The notes under the pieces: generated by a model
The model's input: only the letters and a program-made list of their open reading frames with translations
What the model was told of the DNA's origin: nothing
The model's database searches: none
Shown: piece after piece, positions 49,701-56,976 of the stretch
Numbering within the stretch: the first letter of the stretch is position 1
Layout of the letters: every line of letters starts with the position of its first letter
Program-made: the position numbers and the translations under genes
Source of the DNA: Bacteroidota bacterium
GTDB taxonomy: Bacteria > Bacteroidota > Bacteroidia > 2-12-FULL-35-15
Length of the DNA stretch: 64,000 bases
Direction of reading: 5' to 3'
Assembly: GCA_037131555.1 (NCBI GenBank)
Contig: JBAXQU010000007.1
Span: forward strand, 1,504 to 65,503

Positions 49701-52516
49701 CTGACGCTGTTGATTCAGCAGTTGTTACTATCGTTTCAGCATTTAGTGCAACATTTTCATATACTGGAAGTCCTTATTGTCAATCAACAAGTTTTGCAAA
49801 CCCTACCTATACCGATGCTACTGGTGTGGCAGGAGTCTACAGTGCCTCTCCGAATAACTTAATCATTAATGCAACCACCGGAGCAGTTGATTTAACTAGT
49901 CCTGCAGGAACCTATACTGTTAGCAATCAAGTAATGTCATCAGGTGGATGTGTAGGTGATACTGCAACTTCCACTATAATTATAAGCCCAACACCGAACG
50001 CAACCTTTAGTTATCCTGGTAGTCCATATTGTGTGAGCGGTGCTAATCCAGTTCCTACATTCACTAATGGAGGAACTCAGGGAACATTCTCTTCTACTTT
50101 AGGTTTGACTTTTGTTTCAACATCGACTGGTGAGATAGATTTAGCAAGCAGCACTGCTGGTACTTATATTGTAACAAATACAGTTGGTGGAGGGTTATGC
50201 CCAGCTGCAATACAAACCGCAACTGTCGTTATCTCCACTCAATTCGCAGCAGGATTTACTTATGCAGGTTCGCCTTATTGTCAAAATGGAGCAAACCCAA
50301 TTATCACCCTAGGCATAGGTTCTAGTGCAGGAACTTTCACAGCGTCTTCTCCAAATGTTCATTTTGTTTCGAGCACACCAGGAGAAATTGATTTGAGTTC
50401 AACTATCCCTGGTGTATATACCATTACCAATACTGTACCCGCATCAGGTGCTTGTGCTTCAGTTAATGCAAGTACCACCATAACCATTACTCAAACACCA
50501 ATAGCTACTTTCAGTTATACGTCAAGTCCTTATTGTCAGAATTTAGCCAATCCTTCTCCTACCTATTCTAATGGAGGTTTTGCAGGTACATTTACTTCTT
50601 CACCGAATACTCTTCATTTTGTTGCTGGAAATCCAGGACAAGTAGATTTAGCAAGTTCTCCCGTTGGTACTTTTACTGTCACCAATACGATAGCAGCTAC
50701 AGGAGGTTGCCCTTCAGCAACAGCAACTGCTTCGATTACGATAACAGTTGCACCTCTTGCCAACTTTAGTTATACTGGTACACCTTATTGTCAAGCTTCT
50801 GTAAATCCATTCCCAACATTTGGCACGGGTGCTGTCGCAGGAAACTTTACAGGAACAGGTACCGGTACATTTGTAATAAATTCTTCAAATGGAAATGTGA
50901 ATCTTTCAGGATGTACTCCTGGAACCTATACCGTAACTAATACCATTCCAGCAACAGGAGGATGCGGTGCTTCTGTAGCAACAGCAACCATTGATATCGT
51001 TGCTCAGAATATTGCAAACTTTAGTTATGTTAATTCACCTTATTGCCAGAACGGTACTAATCCATTACCAACACTTGCTCCTGGTGGTACCGCAGGAACA
51101 TTCTCTGTGGCACCTACTACATTATCTGTTAATTCTACTACAGGATTGGTGGACTTGACTTCTGCAACAGGTAACTTCACCGTTACCAATAGTGTTCCAG
51201 CTAACGCTTGCCCTGCAGCAGTTGCCACCACACTTATTACTGTAACCGCCATGCCAATTGCAACATTTGCTTATCCTGGAACACCGTATTGTCAAGATGT
51301 GCTTAATCCTTCTCCATTAATTAGTACTGGAGGAACTGCTGGAATTTTTACAGCCGCTAGTGGTCTACATTTTGTTTCTCCTACTTCGGGTGTTGTTGAT
51401 TTGTCCGGAAGCACTGCTGGTACTTATACAGTAACTAATACAGTAGCCGCAGCCGCAGGATGTCCTGCTGTTACAGCCACAGCCAATATAACCATAAATG
51501 CAGTTCAAATTGCTACCTTTAATTACTCTGCTGCTACTTATTGTAAAACAGGTAACACACCTGCACCAACAGTGGTAACACCTAACGGAACATTTACTTC
51601 GACAACAGGTCTTGTATTCGTTTCCCCAACAAGTGGAATAGTTGATTTGGCAGGCAGTAACACAGGAACGTACACTGTAACCTACACAACTCCTGGACCA
51701 TGTGCGGGAACAAGTACTCAACAAATTTCAATTCTTCCAGCACCAGTGGCAAATGCAGGAACGAATCAAACACTTGATTGTATTCTTCACACTGCAACTT
51801 TGAGTGGAGGTGCATCTAGCACAGGTACTACCATTTCCTATTCATGGGAGCCTTCAGCTAATGTAGTTTCCGGAGGAAATACAGTAAATCCTGTTGTTAA
51901 TCAGCCAGGAACCTATACACTTACAGTTACCAACTCCGCAACTCCAGGTTGTCCCGCTACTTCAACGGTGGTGGTATCAGGTTCTATTCCTGTTTCTTCA
52001 TTCACTGCAAATCCTACTCAAGGTACACCACCTTTGACAGTTAATTTTACAAACACTAGCACGAATGCATCCTCTTATATCTGGTCGTTCCCTGGAGGAA
52101 TTCCAAACGGAGCAAGTACACAAGATGCCACAACGACATACGCTGCAACAGGTACCTATGTAGCATATTTGACGGTATCCAATTCTTTTGGTTGTGTTAC
52201 TCTCGATTCGTCTGAAATCATTGTCTATGATGGTTATTCATTGGTTATACCAAATATGTTTAGTCCAGATGATAATGGAATTAACGACTTGTTCTCTCCA
52301 GTATCTTCAACTGGTTTAGCGATGCTAAAAGGTGAAATCTATGATCGTTGGGGATTAAAAATATTTAATTGGAATGAATTGAATGGAGGATGGGATGGTA
52401 GAACAACTAGCGGTAGTAAAGCCGCAGAAGGCACCTACTTCTACATCATTCAATCTACCGGCATGGATGGATCAACACATGAAGATAAAGGATTCGTAAC
52501 ATTGTTTAGGAAATAA
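46712..52516 (+). CDS. 1934-aa T9SS type-B cargo: nidogen-like (NIDO) domain, 14 Cys-containing Ig-like repeats, PKD domain, CTD-B
   Basis: NDDGS, YINNNGNISF, VAPFWADVDTR and NTFQ (NIDO); 14 copies of FxYxxxPYC...TG.IDL...GTYTVTNT...GCP; PKD PPLTVNFTNTS..ASSYIWSF; CTD IPNMFSP...IYDRWG...GWDG...KGFVTLFR. Confidence 0.9.
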   Translation: MTQKLFNSKSPIKSILFFTVAMFAFMGINGFAQTATPKAQMIIPADVYQHLKETGKLNPEYDYRVIQSEHPAPQVQDLPRETNDGGVHSNGMEKTLNSCNCLIPNVNTDPTFSVAEFTIGTAPLYTNDDGSTPVKSMAFNFCMYGTNYNQFYINNNGNISFGSSYSTYTSSGFPSSAVVMVAPFWADVDTRGSGSGVVYYKITPSYVIVQWYQVGYFSMMTDKLNTFQCIISDGTDPIIPNGNNVAFCYGSMNWTTGSASSGSNGFGGTPATVGVNKGDGVNFAQVGRFGQAGAVYNGPVSVSPSSGVSWLDNQSFYFNTCSTTNIPPIVTGLNNCDTIRVCSITDSVLVNAVFLSPEAGQITSITVNAFGTPGITTISNNAGNVATAQVKVVASVLNAGLNIIQFTATDNGVPAQTSVVNARVYVDTTGFVVNNSVLNGVLSLCQGNPTTLSVTPTGANSYLWSNGSTSTSVTISTPGPVWVTSTINGCVKTMSANIQSTFAPGFNYNGSPFCQNVANPIPIYVPNGGPGTFSYTPATGLDIDPASGVINLPGCTTGTYTITNTIAATVDCPSVSASTTITITPAPDASFNYPADPYCNSAGVLATPAFIGGGFAGTFTAIPSTGIVIDPVTGIVDAELSQPGTYTVINTIPAIGGCADAVYTSLINILPPAVATFTYIGNPFCKNAFNPTPFFLGGGVAGTFTSSDPTHLIINPTTGTVNLALSTPGTYTITNTLQASGPCPIIVATFDITITAVPVATFSYVSNPFCQSGGVDPSPTYTNGATGGVFTYSPSSSFLSIDGSGTVTASASDAGTYTVTNTIAAAGGCPAVSSTATIIISPTPDGFFFYPADPYCKSTTNPTPILNPGGTMGVFSAQPFPGLDINSVTGEVNLATSIAGTYTVYNDIAPANSCPAIQATASITVTDMPNVTFNYPGNPFCQSALWAYPNFLGQTGLVYSNDPNVIVGIFDGSIDLMASLPGTYTIYNFISASGGCPDAVDSAVVTIVSAFSATFSYTGSPYCQSTSFANPTYTDATGVAGVYSASPNNLIINATTGAVDLTSPAGTYTVSNQVMSSGGCVGDTATSTIIISPTPNATFSYPGSPYCVSGANPVPTFTNGGTQGTFSSTLGLTFVSTSTGEIDLASSTAGTYIVTNTVGGGLCPAAIQTATVVISTQFAAGFTYAGSPYCQNGANPIITLGIGSSAGTFTASSPNVHFVSSTPGEIDLSSTIPGVYTITNTVPASGACASVNASTTITITQTPIATFSYTSSPYCQNLANPSPTYSNGGFAGTFTSSPNTLHFVAGNPGQVDLASSPVGTFTVTNTIAATGGCPSATATASITITVAPLANFSYTGTPYCQASVNPFPTFGTGAVAGNFTGTGTGTFVINSSNGNVNLSGCTPGTYTVTNTIPATGGCGASVATATIDIVAQNIANFSYVNSPYCQNGTNPLPTLAPGGTAGTFSVAPTTLSVNSTTGLVDLTSATGNFTVTNSVPANACPAAVATTLITVTAMPIATFAYPGTPYCQDVLNPSPLISTGGTAGIFTAASGLHFVSPTSGVVDLSGSTAGTYTVTNTVAAAAGCPAVTATANITINAVQIATFNYSAATYCKTGNTPAPTVVTPNGTFTSTTGLVFVSPTSGIVDLAGSNTGTYTVTYTTPGPCAGTSTQQISILPAPVANAGTNQTLDCILHTATLSGGASSTGTTISYSWEPSANVVSGGNTVNPVVNQPGTYTLTVTNSATPGCPATSTVVVSGSIPVSSFTANPTQGTPPLTVNFTNTSTNASSYIWSFPGGIPNGASTQDATTTYAATGTYVAYLTVSNSFGCVTLDSSEIIVYDGYSLVIPNMFSPDDNGINDLFSPVSSTGLAMLKGEIYDRWGLKIFNWNELNGGWDGRTTSGSKAAEGTYFYIIQSTGMDGSTHEDKGFVTLFRK

Positions 52517-52519
52517 AAC

Positions 52520-52558
52520 AACAACAAAGGGCTTATTTACTAAGCCCTTTGTTGTTTT
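52520..52558 (+). terminator. Rho-independent terminator
   Basis: Perfect 16-bp stem AACAACAAAGGGCTTA-tttac-TAAGCCCTTTGTTGTT just after the stop at 52516. Confidence 0.85.
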
Positions 52559-52584
52559 AACGAAATTCATTGTTAGTTATTTTT

Positions 52585-53313
52585 ATGAAAATCACTTTTA
52601 AAAGAAGAGTTCTCACAGCGTTTGCCATTTTATTAGTCTCATTTGCATTCGCCCAGAATAATGTTGGAATAGGTACCAATACACCAGCATCAAGTGCGTT
52701 GCTAGAATTGCAGGCAAACGATAAAGGTTTTCTTGCCCCTAGACTCACGACCATGCAACGATTATCAATTGCTTCGCCAGTTAATGGGTTGCTTGTATTT
52801 GATACTGATTTGAATTGTTTTTATTATTACGCTACGGGTAGTTCTAGCTGGGTTTCGCTTTGTTCTACCAATCCAAGTTTCCAAAACTACCAAACCGCAG
52901 CAGCAAATGTCAATACATCATCATTCACAGTTATTCCAGGGCTTTCTCAGTCAGTAACACTCTCGTCTCCTTCCAAAATTCTAGTTGTCACCAATGGTGG
53001 TATTCAAACCACATCAATTTCATCTAATGGTTTTTCGATTGTAGATGTTGCTGTTTTTATTAATGGAGCCTTGATGCCGAATGGGGGACATCAACGCGTG
53101 AACGCTGTAAATAATAATGGAATTACAGATGCAACAGAGAATTGGTCAATGAGTCAATTTGCTAGTACAAGTGCAGGTGTTTATATTCTCCCGGCAGGAA
53201 CATACACTATTGATGTGAGAGCAGAAGGAAATGCATTAGGTGCATCCGCATTAGTTGGAGGTGATAATACTTCGGTACTTCAGGGTAGCATGACGCTTTT
53301 GGTAACACAATAA
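52585..53313 (+). CDS. Exported Bacteroidota VGIGT-type (fibre-like) hypothetical protein
   Basis: Start moved to MKITFKRR; signal ending AFA-Q; NVGIGTNTP..SALLEL..KGFLAPRLT..QR...NGLLVFD motif; beta-rich C-terminal domain; no CTD. Confidence 0.75.
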   Translation: MKITFKRRVLTAFAILLVSFAFAQNNVGIGTNTPASSALLELQANDKGFLAPRLTTMQRLSIASPVNGLLVFDTDLNCFYYYATGSSSWVSLCSTNPSFQNYQTAAANVNTSSFTVIPGLSQSVTLSSPSKILVVTNGGIQTTSISSNGFSIVDVAVFINGALMPNGGHQRVNAVNNNGITDATENWSMSQFASTSAGVYILPAGTYTIDVRAEGNALGASALVGGDNTSVLQGSMTLLVTQ

Positions 53314-53409
53314 GTTAAATTATTAAATTGAATGAAGTTTCCCTTTTTCAATTTGAATTAAAAAAAGGAAGAAGAATGTACTTTCGAATTTCTGGAAAAC
53401 AGATTTGAA

Positions 53410-55179
53410 ATGAAACAAAGAAACAAATCAAAACAAAATATAATTGATAAAAATTACCTCTTTTTAAAAGTGGTAGTCGTCTTGATTTTTATCTTCCGAA
53501 TAAATCTTTCTTGTGCACAATTATTCTACAATAATGGTGCTACTATCACTATAATGGCTGGAGGTTCGATGATTGTGAAAACAAATTCCATTCGTAATGC
53601 CGTCGGAGTTATTGATAATGCTGGAGCAATCATAGTGGAGGGAAACATAGAGAACGATGACTTTCTACTTGGCAACGGATTTAATAGTACATTTAATTTA
53701 GATGGAGATTGGATAAACAATAGTAATTTTGTCTCAAATTCTTGTACAGTAAACCTAACTGGAGGTAATCAATTAATAGCAGGAACATCATTTACCAATT
53801 TCTACGACTTATCATTAAGTGGAACAGGAATTAAGAGCCAACAAATTGATGCCATTGTATCTGATCGATTAACCTTAAACAACATAGAATTAGCTACCAA
53901 TACTTTTAAAATGATGGTGGTGAACCCAGCCACGAATGCTATCAATTACACTTCTGGTTTTGTAAGTAGTTTAGGAGCAGGGCGACTTACAAGAGTTACT
54001 AATAGCAGTATTCCATATGTTTTTCCTGTTGGATCTTCTATTGGCACCATTCGCATACGACCTGTTATTGTGAGTCCGACAACAAATGCTTCACAAACAT
54101 ACGCGGTTCGTTTTGCTAACGTTGATGCCACCACTCAAGGATTTGACAGGTCATTAATGCAGGCCTCCATTTGTGAAATCAATTCTTCATTTTATCATAT
54201 TTTTCAACGAACAGCAGGTACGGCCACCGCAGATTTAACCTTTACCTACGATCCTGTAGTAGATGGAAACTGGGAAACGAATACTCATTGGCAAACTGTT
54301 CCAAATTGGCAAGTCATGACTAATCCGATCTTAGGAACGTATGGCCCACTTAACTCAATTCAGAATTTGGCCTGGAACAATTTTACTCAACCAGCTTTCG
54401 CTTTCGCTCACCTAAAACCTATTGCAAATGCTGGTGTTGCTCAGGTTCTCGAATGTGGTGCCGATAGTGCTTTACTAAATAGCAACGCACTTGCTTTGGT
54501 AACCAACACATACATTTGGTCAACTACAAATGGAAATATTGTTTCGGGAGATAGTACTATTAGTCCAATAGTAGATGCTATAGGCACCTATACGCTCACT
54601 GTAACAGACCTTGCAACTTCGTGTTCATCAACAAGTACGGTGGCTGTTACCGTGAATCCTAGTCCTACAGCCGCATTTAGTTGTTCTGATACAGCAGGTC
54701 TTTCACCATTAATGGTAAGTTTTTCGAATGGAAGCAACAATGCATCCATTTACAGTTGGGATTTTGGAGATGGGATTACTTCGACAGATATAAGTACTAG
54801 CAATACATATATAAAACCAGGTACATACACAGTCACCCTAGTTGCTTCAAATGGGCGAGGATGTATTGATTCTACTAAAGCTACGATAGTAGTATTCGAA
54901 AATTATTCAATCGTAATCCCTAACGTGTTTACACCAAATGGTGACGGAATGAATGATTTGTTTTGGGTTAAAGGAACAAGTGTAGTAAAACTCGAAGGTG
55001 ATATTTACGACCGTTGGGGACTCAATGTCTTTTCATTCAAAGCACCTAATCAAGGTTGGGATGGCCACCTCACAAGCGGGCAAATGGCTAGCGATGGCAC
55101 CTATTATTACATCATCCGAACAACAGGCTTAGATGGCGTAGAACATGAAGATAAAGGTTCGCTTACTTTGCTGAGGTAA
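53410..55179 (+). CDS. T9SS type-B cargo with a beta-helix-like N-terminus, Ig-like and PKD domains
   Basis: QLFYNNGA N-terminus; PKD YSWDFGDG...YIKPGTYTVTL; CTD IPNVFTPNGDGMND...YDRWG...GWDG...KGSLTLLR. Confidence 0.87.
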   Translation: MKQRNKSKQNIIDKNYLFLKVVVVLIFIFRINLSCAQLFYNNGATITIMAGGSMIVKTNSIRNAVGVIDNAGAIIVEGNIENDDFLLGNGFNSTFNLDGDWINNSNFVSNSCTVNLTGGNQLIAGTSFTNFYDLSLSGTGIKSQQIDAIVSDRLTLNNIELATNTFKMMVVNPATNAINYTSGFVSSLGAGRLTRVTNSSIPYVFPVGSSIGTIRIRPVIVSPTTNASQTYAVRFANVDATTQGFDRSLMQASICEINSSFYHIFQRTAGTATADLTFTYDPVVDGNWETNTHWQTVPNWQVMTNPILGTYGPLNSIQNLAWNNFTQPAFAFAHLKPIANAGVAQVLECGADSALLNSNALALVTNTYIWSTTNGNIVSGDSTISPIVDAIGTYTLTVTDLATSCSSTSTVAVTVNPSPTAAFSCSDTAGLSPLMVSFSNGSNNASIYSWDFGDGITSTDISTSNTYIKPGTYTVTLVASNGRGCIDSTKATIVVFENYSIVIPNVFTPNGDGMNDLFWVKGTSVVKLEGDIYDRWGLNVFSFKAPNQGWDGHLTSGQMASDGTYYYIIRTTGLDGVEHEDKGSLTLLR

Positions 55180-55201
55180 TTCTTTTGAATTAGAACCAAA
55201 T

Positions 55202-56365
55202 TTAAGGATTAATTGCACCTTCAAGTAAATCAATTTTCTCAATATACGACATTGAATTGTTAATATAAATATCAGCAGGAATCGATTGTTTGATGGTAGG
55301 GACATCTTGCAATAAACGAGTATTGTCGAATACCTGTCCTAATTCTGCAAATCCAAGATAAGGATCCAAACCAGCAAGCAAAATACGTAAGGCAGAGGGG
55401 TCTTCAAATGCATCTTTCCAGTATTTTAAGTACTCAGGATATTTGTGCAATTCACTATCAGCATGTAATTTATTTTTAGCCCAATGCTTCACTTGATTTA
55501 GTAATGATTTATTTGCGAAATGAAAAGGAGGAGGCTCAGTAAAGTAATTCTCCAAATTCTTCGATAATTTTAGTGCAGTTGTTGAAGCATCTTTACCAGA
55601 GGAGATATGATAGACTTTGTGATTTCGTTTTACAAACAACAAACTTACAATCGCATTCACCGTGTAATCAACCGGTATGATGTCTAGATTAGCATGTTCA
55701 TTCACAGGAACAAATCGAAGGTGGTTAACTGTTGCTAATGCCCATAGAATAACTGGGGAACGGGGAACGACAGGACGACTATCGCCCATGATGATAGAAG
55801 GACGAACAATTAGTATTTTGTCGTCAGACAAATGCTTGTGAACTATCATCTCACCATGCATTTTAGTATAAGTATATTTAACCAAATGAGAAGCTGCTAG
55901 GTTTGGCGATTCATCCTCAAAAATAAGTCGGTTCTTAATGTCTTTGCCACAAATAGTTGCTGTGCCGATGTAAACAAAAGTTTGTAAATGTGGAAGTTTT
56001 TTAGCCCAAAGAAGTACTTTTTCGAGCCCACCCATATTTACTTTCTCTACCATGTCATCGTAAATTTTTGAAAACGAAGTGTTGGCAGCAGAGTGGATAA
56101 TTACATCTACATCTTTTAACATTTCGTTTGCCTTCAAATGGTCGGTAAGGTGCTCATCAAAAAGGTTTCCCATCACAGGAATAATTTTAGTCTCGTCAAA
56201 ATGGTCATGATGGAGTCGGAAAATGTTCTCAAGTTTGATGATTGCTTCATCTTCTGAGAACGCTCTCAGAAAACAGTAGATTTTATTTATCTCTGCTCTT
56301 TTAGAAAGAGTAATAAGAAGTTCTCCTCCAACAAATCCAGTTGCACCAGTTAAAAAAATGTTCAT
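55202..56365 (-). CDS. Extended SDR / thioester-reductase-like (NAD_binding_4-type) oxidoreductase
   Basis: Rossmann TGATGFVGG, IIHSAA, catalytic YTYTK (YxxxK) and RPSII.GD. Confidence 0.88.
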   Translation of the reverse strand: MNIFLTGATGFVGGELLITLSKRAEINKIYCFLRAFSEDEAIIKLENIFRLHHDHFDETKIIPVMGNLFDEHLTDHLKANEMLKDVDVIIHSAANTSFSKIYDDMVEKVNMGGLEKVLLWAKKLPHLQTFVYIGTATICGKDIKNRLIFEDESPNLAASHLVKYTYTKMHGEMIVHKHLSDDKILIVRPSIIMGDSRPVVPRSPVILWALATVNHLRFVPVNEHANLDIIPVDYTVNAIVSLLFVKRNHKVYHISSGKDASTTALKLSKNLENYFTEPPPFHFANKSLLNQVKHWAKNKLHADSELHKYPEYLKYWKDAFEDPSALRILLAGLDPYLGFAELGQVFDNTRLLQDVPTIKQSIPADIYINNSMSYIEKIDLLEGAINP

Positions 56366-56386
56366 TTAGCTTACTATGTTTTTATA

Positions 56387-56701
56387 TTATTCAAAAATCT
56401 CTAAACCCAAAATACCAAGTATGATAAGCGAGATGGAAATTATTTTAGTAACGGATACAGTTTCCTGAAAAAAGAAAATCCCAATTACGGCAATAAATGC
56501 TGTGCCTGCACTCGCCCAAATGCCATAAGCGATGCTTACTTCCATTTTTTCAAGCACAAATACAAGAGCTGCCAAACTTATTCCATAAAAAACAAATACA
56601 AGTATAGAAGGAACAAGTTTTGTGAATCCTTCAGCATATTTCATCGAGATGGTGCCAAGCACTTCGAATACAATACCCAAAGCAAGCATCAACCATTTCA
56701 T
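56387..56701 (-). CDS. Small multidrug resistance (SMR/DMT) transporter, EmrE/Qac-like
   Basis: 104 aa with four TMs, membrane Glu in FEVLGT, GFT.L.PS and AYGIW. Confidence 0.92.
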   Translation of the reverse strand: MKWLMLALGIVFEVLGTISMKYAEGFTKLVPSILVFVFYGISLAALVFVLEKMEVSIAYGIWASAGTAFIAVIGIFFFQETVSVTKIISISLIILGILGLEIFE

Positions 56702-56774
56702 CCTTTTGTTTATTTTATTATGATTTGTTAGAATTTAAAATCGCAGAAATTGTTTCGAAACGAACTTAATTTGG

Positions 56775-56782
56775 CAAAGCTA
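56775..56782 (-). promoter_or_regulatory. Bacteroidota -7 promoter element for the SMR-SDR pair
   Basis: TAGCTTTG on the minus strand, about 75 bp upstream of 56701. Confidence 0.55.
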
Positions 56783-56976
56783 CTTCTTAATTTTTAAACA
56801 CCATCTATTTAAGAATAATTAACATAACATTACTTTGACAAATTTAGGTCGAAATTTTACTAAAACCAAGGTTTGAATGATTTTTGCGAAGAGGAAATTT
56901 AATTACATCGCACTCAAGAAAGTTAAGTGAGGATTGCCTAAACTTTGATAATTCGATTTACAGCCGAAAACAAGTT

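Noticed and set aside
56702-56976. Guanidine riboswitch upstream of the SMR gene
   Set aside because: The leader is short and AT-rich with no paired ACGR hairpins or other structure I could see, and the protein looks EmrE/Qac-like rather than Gdx-like.
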